64,000 bases of DNA, from NCBI GenBank assembly GCA_030141605.1, contig JAQGDQ010000699.1, positions 46,264 through 110,263 of the forward strand, in the 5' to 3' direction. The stretch comes from Tubiluchus corallicola. Taxonomy: Eukaryota; Animalia; Priapulida. Shown piece after piece: positions 41,245 through 53,700 of this stretch; the stretch's first letter is position 1, and each line of letters starts with the position of its first letter. A model generated the notes under the pieces. It made no database searches and had not been told where the DNA came from. It saw only the letters and a program-made list of their open reading frames with translations. The position numbers and the translations under genes are program-made.

Positions 41245-42379
41245 GTAACGTAACCAACAAGTGGCAGGTAACCCACCGTGTCTGAACTTTTTCTTACGCT
41301 GGCATTTTTTTAATTTCTTCAACTGAGATTTAGTATGACAGCCGTTTACATACTTTTCGACAACCGAGTCGAACAATCAAGCAGTTGCTTAAACCCAAAA
41401 CCCTGTAGAAGTTCGGCTTATTTTAATATTAGTTCAAACTGATTTATTTTACAACCTTTGGACAAAACAGTGAAAGTGATACTGATATTTTAGTATTTCA
41501 GAAAAACGTTAGAGAGTGTCAGTAATAAAACTGTGATAGCACTTCGTGTAATTAGTAAATTCAATTTAAAGTCGCGATCCCTTCGTGCTTTGGCGACCTC
41601 ATTTTGAACAAAACATGGCGTCATCTGTTTGCTACCTGTAATATAAACACTTATCCCCCCAAGCTACTTGAGCAAACTTTATTGCAATTATTACGAACTA
41701 TAGACAATCCAAAACGTTAAACGATTGATTATTAATACTATTTTTGGGCTTTTTGATGAATCAAGTTTCCAGTATGTACTGAAATTCAGTTACCAACGAT
41801 AATTGGAATAATCACCAATTTGGCTTGTTAACCTCGGCAAACTAACAGAACAGCATAAACTAAAATTAAAGTCTGTGATCTAAGTAAACAGCTCGGCACG
41901 TTCTGTATGCTCTCCAGTAATTACTAGTATTTTGAGGTATAATCCTGTGGACTAAAGCTACGTAAACACTTCAAAGGTGTCGCTAATTGATTCACTGAGC
42001 AATTTTTACATAAACAGCGGAATTTCTGATCGAACCGAAGAAGTTTTGTTACGCGTGCCTTTCGTGGGCATAGACTTGGGTTTGGCGGGAGATAAGAATA
42101 ATTTAAATTTCTATTGCATTTTAAGCAAGACATTTATGCGTTTAAATTATGTGGCAATTTTAATATTTTTAGTGTATATTAAAATACAATGAATATTGCG
42201 GAGTATTGGTTTTTGCTTTAACGCCAGAGTGATGTCGTTCTAGTGCTTTCTGTATTGTGTACAAAAAAGGAGATAATTTTTTTACAAACACTTATTTAAA
42301 ATAATTGCCTTCGGCAAACAGCAAAAAAATGCTGATCAAGTTGCGTCACGCTGCAAAATTTACAGGAGTGCGATTTAAC

Positions 42380-43290
42380 AGGAAAAACAAATCTATCACA
42401 AAACATACATTGCTATTCCAGTTGTTAATTAAGATAATTAAAACGGTTAGATGAATCAATATATGGATGTACCAGGTCAAATACGGTGATGCTCTGTTCA
42501 TAACTTAGTAGAGAACTATCAGAAAGAAAAACTGAAGTTTTCAATTGTGGGTTAAGGCTATTTATATTAAAGGGTGATGTGTTTGTTTGGTATAGGTTTG
42601 TTAGTCGTTGTTCGAGTTCTTCTCTATTAGCAACGTGCAAAGGGCAATCGAGCGAAAAATGTTTAATACTTTCAATTTGAAAACCACAAATACAATTTTT
42701 AAGAATGATGTTACAAACCGTGGCGGTTTAAATGCCCATTTAACTGAGAGAAACCAACTCTTAGTCGTGTAGAGTTGGGGGGGGGACGTATGAGTAATAA
42801 TTGAATCTAGTAATAAAATTCAAGTGTTTTTTCAAAGAACTAACAAAACGACCAATGGAGGGAGCTTGTTGCATGAAAACAGGAAGACCATTCCAATCCC
42901 CATGGTGGCAGGGAAAAAGATTTATAAAAATGTTCACTATGTCACGAAACAATGCAAAGTTGTTACGGTTTCGAAGATTATAATTATGTGGATAAGTATC
43001 TGTTAAAAAGAGGCGACAAATCATGTAAATAAAGGGGCGACATGCTATTTACAATTTTACAAAACAATACCAACATTTGAAAGAACCGTCTTGTATAAAG
43101 GGATTCAAATCCACAGCCGTAAAACAATTTAGATGTTTGTGAACCCATCATTGCTTTGCTACACACATAAGCTATACGTTTCTGAGTTTTCTCTAACGTA
43201 TTTGTCAAGAAGGAAGGAATATTACACCATACTGGGTTAGCATGTTCAAGAATAAGCCTTATCATTGATTTATAAATGATAAATTCAAGA
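42380..43290 (-). mobile_element. 5'-truncated degraded LINE (CR1/L2/Crack-like 3' end)
   Basis: Frameshifted peptides MIRLILEHANPVW, HNYNLRN, CICGFQIESIKHFSLDCP; boundaries approximate. Confidence 0.75.
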
Positions 43291-44304
43291 ACAACTTGTG
43301 GTATAACACGGGATATTTTTTTACTATTTGTTGTCTTTGTGTTAAGTAGAATTCGAGCCGCATTAGTAGGTTACCTTTGACGCCATTTTGCCGCAATTTA
43401 AATAGCGGACCTCTATATCAGACCCTGTCAAATTCTTTGGATATATCGAGAAATACTGCTCTTACATCAAATCCATTATCCTGCGCCTCACATAGTCTGT
43501 GAGTAATAAATGTTAACTGATGCCATCATTCGTTTTAAATCCTGAGTTTCTGCTTGTTGTAAATTTATTATCGATAAATAAATAGTTATACAAATACTTT
43601 TAAATTGTTATTTCTAATACTCTAGACAAACAGGGAAGTAAAGAAACAGGCCGGTAATTAGTTTTTACTGCCGGTCACCCTATTTGAATATGTTTTTTCC
43701 ATACTTGCCAGAGTACTGAAATGGATAAAGATTTGTTGAATAACTTACATAAGTGTAGTTAAAGAATAAGCTGTATTACGAACAATGACATTGCTTATGT
43801 TATCAAAGCCAAAGGAGAGAATATTTGAAGTCCTGTGTAATCGTTTATTAAGTCTGAAAGGTTAAACATTTGAGAGGCTGCTAGACAAGTATTATAAAAG
43901 AATCTTTGTTCAAACTTTCTATGAGTTGTTATTATAATGTAACGTTGTGTTAACATTTTCAACTAAACGATAATAATTACTGCTTAGAAAAATCAATGTT
44001 GTAATTGTGAACTCAGAACTGTAGTTAAAAGGGCCGAAGCAGAGAGCACTTGTAAAAAAGGTGTAAGTTATCTGGAGCACAAAGGCTTGTAAATAAAATA
44101 TTCATCTACATCCTATCCAGTTCCACTTGGTCAACGTTTGCAACTGCATCACTGTATGAACCTCCATAGGACTATGCCATGATGGCAAGGTTTTGCTAAA
44201 ATGTAGATTTGTAGTTGTAGTGAACGGTTTCCAACTATTTTGTATCTTGAAAAGGTTTTGTTCTTCTTCCTGATAGACGATGTCAAAATTAACTGTCATT
44301 TTAG

Positions 44305-44450
44305 GTTTAAATCCGACGTGTTTTGACGTTGAAGTGCCACCAGAAGAACCAGTTGGAACAATGGTGAACTTTCCATCAGCTGTTACTACCACATACATAA
44401 AGTTGAACAACATCATCACCACTCCTATGAGTGCCATAACAGCTTGCATG
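44305..44450 (+). CDS. Pentraxin-domain protein, exon 4
   Basis: ttttag|GT...ATG|gtaggc; FPSAVTTTYIKL...MSAITACM, typical pentraxin N-terminal strands. Confidence 0.85.
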
Positions 44451-45097
44451 GTAGGCAAAGACATACAGAGTTTTTATTGAATATTTAATAGTGTTTGGCT
44501 GCAACTGTTAGTGGTGTTCCTACTGCTGCGGCTGCCATTACTGCCAAAATGGCCATTGGACAAATTGTTGCAGTTCGGGCCTTTCCTAAATTTTAGTTTT
44601 CTTCTCCTACCTACTTAAAAATATCGTGATCGATAGTGGTAGCCTTTCCCTGGAGTCCAAAATCTCTGTGTGTCACTCTAAATTTTAATACTTATTTGTT
44701 AATTTATCAGAAAACATTTACATTGCATAAACTCAAGATGATCTCATTCACAATACATCATCTATCAGTGACTTATCTGATCTTGTAGCTCTATGTAGGA
44801 GCTCAATGCGCATTAGTGCTATCATAATCGACCATAAATATCAAAGATGTTCTAAATCATGAAGACGTTTTTAGATGGATAATTGTTTTGTCAGCACGAT
44901 GCAGTGAGTTCTCTGAGACTCACCATCAACATTTTATTACGTGCTGTTTTCATCAAGATATTACTTACAGAGCTCTATATGACATCTCCTAACAAAAAAT
45001 AGGCAGGCTTGCATGTTTTACAGACGTATGATCTCATTCTAGTGAAAATGGAAAAGATAGAACCCGATTAATAATTTTCGTTTCATTTTATTTTTAG

Positions 45098-45225
45098 TGG
45101 ATCAAGACGAGTACCTCAGACAAATTTGGTTTGATAAGATATGCGACACCTAGTGGAAGTGGCGGCTTCGGGCTTTTGTTACGTGTGGATAATAATCTGG
45201 TTTTTGCTGTTAACAATAAAGTAGG
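45098..45225 (+). CDS. Pentraxin-domain protein, exon 5 (not in ORF track)
   Basis: ttttag|TGG...GG|gtaagt; WIKTSTSDKFGLIRYATPSGSGGFGLLLRVDNNLVFAVNNKVG. Confidence 0.85.
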
Positions 45226-45762
45226 GTAAGTGACGGTAAGAGTGCCAAGGAAAAAATGTGGTCGTCTCATGAAGTTGTACTAAAATTTTATTTGTATGTA
45301 TTAAAAAAATGAAAACCATCAAAATACTATCATGTAATTACACCTCAACTTATCATGGTAACAAAAAAATTAAACTACGTTCTTTTCCATTATTGCAAAC
45401 CAGAAGTTTGTGTAATCAGACATAGACCTCTCAATATAAAAAGTTCAAGACTGAGAAAACTGATACTGAAAGTTTCTCATAGACCTGCAAGAAAAACATC
45501 CTGCAGGTAAAAGTAAAGTTCTTACCAAATACAGCAGCTTTTTTAATAATAATCTGGTATAAATGCTAAAAAATAAATTATAGCGTCTTAACAATTAGGT
45601 CGTTTTTACATTTGTTTGTCTGCTTTTTTGCTGTAAGCCAGGAATGAAAATTAATATACAATTTGTGCTTAGTTATATAATACAAAAACTTTCAGACATG
45701 CTTTACGATTTAAAATATTTGATATGATAAATTTCCATTAAAGGGGTGTTTATTAAAGAACA

Positions 45763-46067
45763 TCTCATATTAATATTCTTGGTATCTTAATTTATATATA
45801 CATTTATATATAAGATTCGAGGCTACAGCTCCGACGAGGGCACCATTTGCGGCGATCTATACATCAAACGAAAGGTCTCGATCTAGTGTCGTGCCATTGA
45901 TGGTTTATTTTTCGAATCGGGCCCACCGCGAGGAATGGGAGGCAAAAAACCTCCAAAAATGGCCCTTTTTCGGCCGTTTTTTGCAAAACTTATACCTCTT
46001 ATTTCTGAAGAACGGGAACGGGCCGAGGGTGGTACTGGGTATGGATCCCTTATATTAATATTCTTGG

Positions 46068-46098
<31 letters not shown>

Positions 46099-47689
46099 TT
46101 ATTTATATATATATATAAGATTCGAGGCTACAGCCCGGACGAGGATGTATTTTTATTTTTATTTTTCGAATCGGGCCCACCGGGAGGAACGTGGGGCGAA
46201 AAACCCCCAAAAATGGCCCTTTTTCGGCCGTTTTTTGCAAAAAATTGCAAAAGTTATACGGCTGAGATGCAGAGAACGGGAACGGGCCGAGGGGGGTACT
46301 GTGTATGGATAGATAGCCCGTTCAGCGGTGGGTGTAGTAGGCATATTTAGAATTCCCGAGAGGGCCAGGGCGCCCCGCAACGGGCGTTTTCCAGGACCCA
46401 ACTCTCGATTTTTTCGAAATTTTGACCAAACAGCATGCGGGAAAAACGTTCTAGCGTCGCCCGGTGGGACTCTAGGAAGGAGATATGGGGCTCTTTACAA
46501 AGAGGAAGGACAGGGCTACACGATGATGTGGGTTATATTTTAGGGCAGGTCCACCGAGAGGAGTATCGACGAGTTAATTAGGTGTTTTATTTTCGGCGAT
46601 TTTCGCTTAGAAAACTGTGAAAATTCTCGCTTAGAAAACTGCGACGCATTCCATTGTGCTGACGTCATCCATTGTACTCTGTCTATAAGTTTAATTCAGC
46701 AAAAAGCTGCTCTGCGTTAGATAAACAGACATACAGTAGGCAGGATGTTACGGGCTTTACGGGCTTTGTGTTATAAATGAGGACTAGGTAGGATGTTCGC
46801 GTATTATTAATTACACGTGTATTTATACGCAAAATCTTTTGCGGGGCCTTTGCTAGTCTCTTATATTAATATTCTTGGTATCTTAATATATATATATAAG
46901 ATTCGAGGCTACAGCCCGGACGAGGGCACCATTTGCGGCGATCTATATATCAAACGAAAGGTCTCGATCTAGTGTCGTGCCATTGATGGTTTATTTTTCG
47001 AATCGGGCCCACCGGGAGGAACGTGGGGCGAAAAACCCCCAAAAATGGCCCTTTTTCGGCCGTTTTTTGCAAAAAATTGCAAAAGTTATACGGCTGAGAT
47101 GCAGAGAACGGGAACGGGCCGAGGGGGGTACTGTGTATGGATAGATAGCCCGTTCAGCGGTGGGTGTAGTAGGCATATTTAGAATTCCCGAGAGGGCCAG
47201 GGCGCCCCGCAACGGGCGTTTTCCAGGACCCAACTCTCGATTTTTTCGAAATTTTGACCAAACAGCATGCGGGAAAAACGTTCTAGCGTCGCCCGGTGGG
47301 ACTCTAGGAAGGAGATATGGGGCTCTTTACAAAGAGGAAGGACAGGGCTACACGATGATGTGGGCTATATGTTACGGCAGGTCCACCGAGAGGAGTATCG
47401 ACCAGTTAATTCGGGTTCTATTTTCCGCAAATTTCGACAATTTTCGCCTTAGAAAACTGCAGACCGCATTCCATTGTGCTGACGTCATCTATTGTGTCTA
47501 TAACTTTAATTCAGCAAAAAGCTGCTTTGCAAAATACAGTAGGCAGGAGTAAACGCTGCTGGCTTTGCGTTAGGTAAGTAGGCAGGATGTTACGGGCTTT
47601 GTGTTATAAATGAGGACTGTGTAGGATGTTCGCGTATTATTGATTACACGTGTATTTATACGCAAAATCTTTTGCGGGGCCTTTGCTAG
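45763..47689 (+). mobile_element. Head-to-tail non-autonomous Helitron array (one partial and two full ~0.8 kb units)
   Basis: Units start with TC (45763, 46046, ~46857) and end CTAG|T (46856, 47689); hairpin CGCAAAA-TC-TTTTGCG about 10 nt before CTAG. Confidence 0.85.
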
Positions 47690-47976
47690 TCTGATATTAA
47701 TACATATATTCCTTGTAACAGATAAAACTAGTTAGACATATTTTTACAAGACAGAGTTGAACTAGATATGTTTAAGCTAATTTTTGAAGATCTCTAGTGA
47801 TGGGCCTGAAACTTTGCAACACTCTCTGACCAGATTAAAATGACTATAGTTATACTAAAGCTTTCATAGAATGACGTTAGTTGTAATGTTGGTTTTCTGC
47901 TGGGCAGATAATTAAAAACGAAGTTTCATTATCAGTCAAATTATCCTATGATTGAATTAATCTGTGTTTTGTTTAG

Positions 47977-48098
47977 TGCGGCTAACACTCTTGGCACATT
48001 GATGAGAGATGGCGAATGGCATTTCATTTGTGCTGGTTATAGCAAAACCGCTGATCCTAATGGGGAATGGATGGTTTCTGTGGATGGCACCTTTGAAA
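47977..48098 (+). CDS. Pentraxin-domain protein, exon 6
   Basis: gtttag|T...GAA A|gtaaat; DGEWHFICAGYS...GEWMVSVDG (HxC pentraxin signature region). Confidence 0.88.
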
Positions 48099-48851
48099 GT
48101 AAATGCCATTATTTCATTAAAATTGATGCTGCAGTATCAGTAACTGCAGTCTCTATAAGAGAGGTATTCTGGTAGGCAGAGTTGAAAAAATTGGCCTTTT
48201 CAATTTTCCTTAAATCACATATTTTGATAGAGAGTGCAAATTTTCAGCTCTTCATCCAAGTCATTAACGGGTTATTGTCCAAATGTCAAAAGCGAAAGTA
48301 CAGTTTTACTTTTGTGAATTTCATTTGCGAGCGTCATTCGATAAATGGGTAAAAACAAGAAGTTGAATGATTATTACTAAGATGCAGTCCAGAGTCACCT
48401 ACCATTTTGCCAACAAATGAAACTTTCCCTAAATTTGCAATTAATTTTCTACTTTGGTTTTGCCAGTGCTTTAATCGTTAAGTAAAATAAACCTAATCAT
48501 GTATAGGCCTACACTTACTTACGCTGTATATGAAAGACTTATGAAAGGTCTGTTGGTTTATGAAAGTCAATATTAAAGTTGCTATTAGCTTCTTCAACGT
48601 TTTCGTTCCCTAAGAAAACATTGGCTTTGCTTGCAAAACAATGAAACGATGAGAACTGAAAATGCGTTATCAAATTCGTTTTATGTTTATACCACATGTA
48701 TCCAGAACTTGCATTGAGATTTCATGTTCGATTAGACACAAAAATTACAAAAGCATAAACTTCATGGAAGTTTGTTGGATAGAAGAAATTTATTTTTCTA
48801 ATTTGCCCGCTGTCAGTATGCTGTTTATTGATTCTACGTCATTTTTTTTAG

Positions 48852-49019
48852 CTGGGACATATTCTACTAATCCCGGGGATATACTTGTAGCAGGAGGTTC
48901 ATGTTTGTTGTTTGGACAATATCAGGGTACAGCTGGCAACATACAACCTGGATATAGTTTTACAGGCATGGTCACTGGCATCACGATTTTTGATGAAAAG
49001 CTGGATATGGACGCAATAA
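48852..49019 (+). CDS. Pentraxin-domain protein, exon 7
   Basis: ttttag|CT...ATA A|gtaggc; GGSCLLFGQYQG...SFTGMVTGITIFDEKL. Confidence 0.88.
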
Positions 49020-49595
49020 GTAGGCCTACGTAATTTTTGATGTTTTATTTTTTCATATTTTTGCAATTGGTGCATCTTAATATTAATTTCACACTTCTCG
49101 CAAAAGAAATAATAGAATACTAGAATGGCAACCTTAATTAATTAAGCGACATATTTATGTTTTTGTGTAAAGGGATCATTCCTCTTCATGGTAGTTAAGA
49201 CGCAGTAATGTCTTTTAAGCAGAAAAACATAACTGATTTTAACAGCAGCTGGAAAAGTCAAAAGAAACCGGAAAAACACGATAAAGAACTTAAAAAAGGC
49301 GACCTTTTTGGCTCTTATTGCTAAATAACCAAGAATTGTAGTGGACTTAATAACTACTATAGGCTATTTTTTGCTGGTACTGCCAAATTTCAAGTGATAT
49401 TTTATACTTTCTTTTTGTGGTTTTTGTGCTATGTATATATTTCTATTTCATTTTTGCTGTTTGAGTTAATTGTTTTTCATATTCTTCTGCTGTGTTTTTT
49501 GCATCAAAGAAAGTTTATTGCATTGTGTTCAGTCTTGGTGACATGTTACAACTGCACATTAGCAAGTAATATTATTATTTTTGTTTGTTTTTCAG

Positions 49596-49876
49596 ATATG
49601 CTGAGGATGTCATGTTTGATCACCCCAGATGCATCACATCTCTTCAACTGGGAAGAGACGGGAATGACGCTTATTGGAGGACTAGTGGAGAGTCCATCAA
49701 CGTGCATGGCAGAAGACCCAGAAATCCGGAGAGTTTGTGCACTCACCAAAGAGCAATTAGATAAGCTGCTCTACTTCATTCTCCACTCAGAAGAACAAAC
49801 ATCTTCTCTTTTCCATATAATATTTTCCGAAGTTAAACATATTCTAAATGATTACTTATTTAGAAGAATTTACTAA
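49596..49876 (+). CDS. Pentraxin-domain protein, terminal exon
   Basis: tttcag|AT; MSC...LFNW end of pentraxin fold plus a helical tail to TAA; the 8 exons sum to 999 nt (332 aa). Confidence 0.78.
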
Positions 49877-50799
49877 ATATAGATCCGGTACCAGATTGAA
49901 TTAGAATTTTTTTGATTTAGCTAGAATTCGTTTTGTTTTTCGCCTGTTAGTAAAACATATTAATACAATGTAAATTTTGAACAAATATAAAAATATATTA
50001 ATTTTTAGTTATTATACATATTTGAGGAGGTGACGAATGAACGAAAGTTATTAAGTCAGCCACACCAATATTTACTGCTGTGCTAGCTGTCTATTAATAA
50101 GATGGATGAAAAACAGTAAAGTGACATAATTATAATGGTTAGTATTTACCTGCAATTAAACATACTGGAAGGTATCTTAATTTGCAAAGATGGTGTAATT
50201 GTTGTAAAATTTGAAGAAACTTGTGCCTATGTACGTGTGACTAAAACTTCTGTCTGTAAACATCATACTGAAAGATCTATTCAACTGTTTTCGATATAGG
50301 TGTCAATTAATAGGGCTGTTTAATAGAAGGGAATTATTTTAAATAATAGTAATAAAGGCTTTGTGTTTAAAGGATCCATCTTGCTGTAATACATACTGTT
50401 AAGCAACTCAAATGGAGGTACTTAATGATGAGATCATAAGACTGTAACGTACTTGTCCATGATGTCTTAATTTAAAATGTAGTGGCAACTCAAGTGAACA
50501 TATTACATTCAGTTAGTATTCGAGTACTACAAATTACTTTTATGTATAACAAGAAATAATTAGAGACTTATAATTTCAAATCTTGTAACTTAAAGTTATG
50601 TAACTGTGGAATATATCTATGTCTATGAAGGACTTGATTTTTAGTTCTAGGAGAGAGACTTGCAAATGTGGTAGCCTTGGTATCTGAGTGAACTTTGTGC
50701 CTTTGTCGAGTTGCGCCAATGTTATTGGTTGCGTTTGTGTTAACAGTGCAGAATGTAAGGTGATGATGACGACGAATGAGAGTTAGATAGTGCGTCTTG

Positions 50800-51710
50800 G
50801 TCGAGGAGATCATCACAACATGGGCCCTGTAGAACCTTCTCAAAGAAAAGGTCGCATTCCATAGTATTCTAAAAACAGACTTCTTGAATTGCAACAGAAA
50901 TTCAATGACCCTGAAGCCCTTGAAGTCATTGATCGCCCTAAAGATGTTGCTATCACAGTCGAGTATTTTAACCCCTCTTTCCTCGTGAACAAACTCCAAG
51001 GTGGTTCACACCTTGTCACTGCTTTTACTGAAGTTGCTCAGTATAGTAAACCACAACCAAACGTAAATTCAGTGCTCTGCCTTATCGCTCAATGGAGTTA
51101 CATTATAAAGTCAGACCTCACAAGAGCTTTCTATCAGATTCCCTTATCTCAGTTATCAATGAAATATTGTGGCATTGCTACACCGTGCCATGGTACTCGT
51201 GTCTATGCCAGATGTGCCATGGTACGGGTGTCTATGCCAGATGTGCCATGGGTATGCCAGGCTCAGAAACGGCTTTAGAAGAATTGATGTACCGTGTACT
51301 TGGCGATTTACTTGAAAAAAGGATTGTAACCAAGGTCGCCGATAATCCTTACTGTGGGGCAGACACAAAAAACTCACTCTTGCTTAATTGGAGAAGACTT
51401 CTCATTGTGATGAATAAATGTAACGTAAAGCTGTCTGAAAAAAACAGTTATAGCACCCAAGTCTAATAGTCTATTACTGCCCTTGGATGGGAGTGGCATG
51501 AGGGCACCTTACAAGCAAGTGCTCATCGTATTACTTCCTTGGCTACTTGGTCTCTTCCAAACACCGTTAATGGTTTGCGGTCCTTTACAGGAGCCTATAA
51601 GGTACTTGCTTGAGTAATACTTCATTGTGCCTCCATCATAGCACCCCTGGACTCTTATTGCGGCTGCAAGAGCTTCGCATAAAAACATTGTCTGGTCTGA
51701 TGACCAAATA
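50800..51710 (+). mobile_element. Degraded Gypsy-like LTR retrotransposon pol (RT) fragment
   Basis: NPSFLVNK, IIKSDLTRAFYQIPL, MGMPGSETALEELM, decayed ADD motif, LRSFTGAYK; stops and frameshifts. Confidence 0.85.
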
Positions 51711-51779
51711 ATCTGTTGCTATAACCTAGTATTTTCTTGTCCAGTTCATTTAAAACAAACTGCATTTTAGCTGTTGCAA

Positions 51780-53300
51780 TTTGCTGTTCCTCTTTTACTG
51801 GCGTTGAATCTTTGAACGATCAGTGTATTTCCATGGGCAAACCTTGTAAAATATTTTGAATATCTGAAGTTTTTCTGCAATAATTATTCAATAAATGTGG
51901 ATGCATATTTGTATGAAAATTTTACAAGTTCAAGGTTGTAGATGTCCTTTAGCTTTAAAATTTTTAACTGGCACAATTCCGGCAAGGCAAAATTAGTCTA
52001 TAACGTCCAAATAGTGGCACAGTTTGAAAAAAAGGTGAGCAGTTTTGCTAATTTTGTAACATATGTGTGACGTATCTACTCCATTTTACTTTTTCATCAA
52101 TAAGTATGCCTAAGTATTTGATTTCTTTAGGCATTGGATATATTTTGATTCTTGATATGGAAGTTATTAGTATTACAATTTCTGTGATTATGAAAAGGAA
52201 TAAATTTAGTCTTTTTGTAACCAAGAGTTAGGTTGTTTGCTTGTATAGACAGTATCAACTTTCAGTTCTTCATTATTAATCTTAGTTTCCTAAATCATTT
52301 AAATTCTTGCCGAACATAAAAAGGCTTCTGTCATCAGCAAACATACGGGTATCTAATTCTGAACAAAGCAGGAGATCATTGACATAAAGTAGAAAGAAGA
52401 GAGTTTCTAATATTTGGGCTTGCCATAACTGGTGAGCACGTTGTGATATTTGTCGTGTGACAAGACAGTTATCTTCACATAAGGGCAATTCATTGTGCTC
52501 TTCGTGGATAAATACTAACAAAAAACGTGCTCTACCTCCAATCATGCCTCAAAGATATTAATATAGGAGACCTTTAGTGCATAAATATTTGTCTAGTGCA
52601 TTTTTGAAACTGTTGATCGTTTGTTGTTCTATGACTTCTTCCAGTAGGGAATTTCCTAGATCAATTTCGGCATCAGAAAATCTGTGCTTGTATCGCTCGG
52701 CATTAACTCTGTGTTTGAAAAGTTTGAGAGAGTGACCTCTGGTGCAAGTGCGGTTTAAGGTGAAGAAAGTTTCATTGTTGATATTGGTGTATCCACATAG
52801 AATCTTGAACATCTGGATCAGTTGACCACATCGTCTACTAGAAGAGAGTCGATGGAGACGTGATTTTTCAGTATACAATTTATTGTCAAGTCCTTGGATC
52901 ATATTGACTGCTCTCTCTCTTGTACTCGTTCTAGGATGTTGATGTTTTTCTTCAATTATGGGCCCAAACTTGGTTTAAATATAATCCATGTGAGGTCTGA
53001 CGATAGATATATAAAGAGGTAATATTACATGAGATAATCTTGAGGGAATTGTATTTGATACGAGTCCGAAAAAAATGAGCCTTGGGGTATCCCACAATTT
53101 ACATTAAATTCGAGTTTACGTGCCCTAGCAATGTGTACTGTTTTCTACTGAATGAATATGATTTAAATACGGATAGAGTATGGCCTCTTATTCCATAGTG
53201 TTCTAATTGCTAACTTAGTTGAATGCTTTTTGTAAATCGAGAAATGTGTAAACCGATAAATTTGCAAAATTAACTCTTTCAAAGTGTTCACAATTTCACT
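51780..53300 (-). mobile_element. Degraded LINE RT relic interrupted by a second LINE
   Basis: CGIPQGS at ~53077-53096 and LFFLLYVND...MFADD at ~52330-52404, separated by an insert; boundaries approximate. Confidence 0.7.
52405..53060 (-). mobile_element. CR1-like LINE 3' fragment
   Basis: YISIVRPHMDY, TRGHSLKLFK, FKNALDKY motifs plus 3' UTR. Confidence 0.75.
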
Positions 53301-53486
53301 TACATAATTTTGATCATTAAAAAATTTTTGTTTCTAACTATAATTTTTTGTTGTTTTAGTTTGCTATGGGATTTTTTACAATAACAAAAATATGCAAGTG
53401 ATGAGCCACTTCAAACTGTACTATTCCAGGTACATGATGGGGTTGTTTAAATCATTCGTATAAATGATTTATAAAATACTCTCTCG

Positions 53487-53700
53487 AACTTTACAAGCAC
53501 AGAGTGATACAAGTGCAGCTTTTCTAATGCGGAAATTGATCTATGGAATTCCCTACCGGAAGAAGTCATAGAACTACAAACGATCGACGGTTTCACAAAT
53601 ATTTATGCACTAAAGGTCTCCTATATTAATATCTTTGAGATATGATTGGCGGTAGAGCACGTTTTTTGTAAATATTTATCCATGAAGAGCACAGTGAATT
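53487..53700 (+). mobile_element. Inverted second copy of the CR1-like LINE 3' end
   Basis: Reverse complement of ~52487-52730 (e.g. atttatgcactaaaggtctcctatattaatatctttgag). Confidence 0.75.

Noticed and set aside
44102-44464. 120-aa minus-strand ORF with signal-peptide look
   Set aside because: Antisense shadow of pentraxin exon 44305-44450, which has proper splice sites and family motifs.
45935-47552. Duplicated ORFs (MGPGKRPL..., MGVVGIFR...)
   Set aside because: Arise from GC-richer Helitron units; no Rep/helicase motifs.
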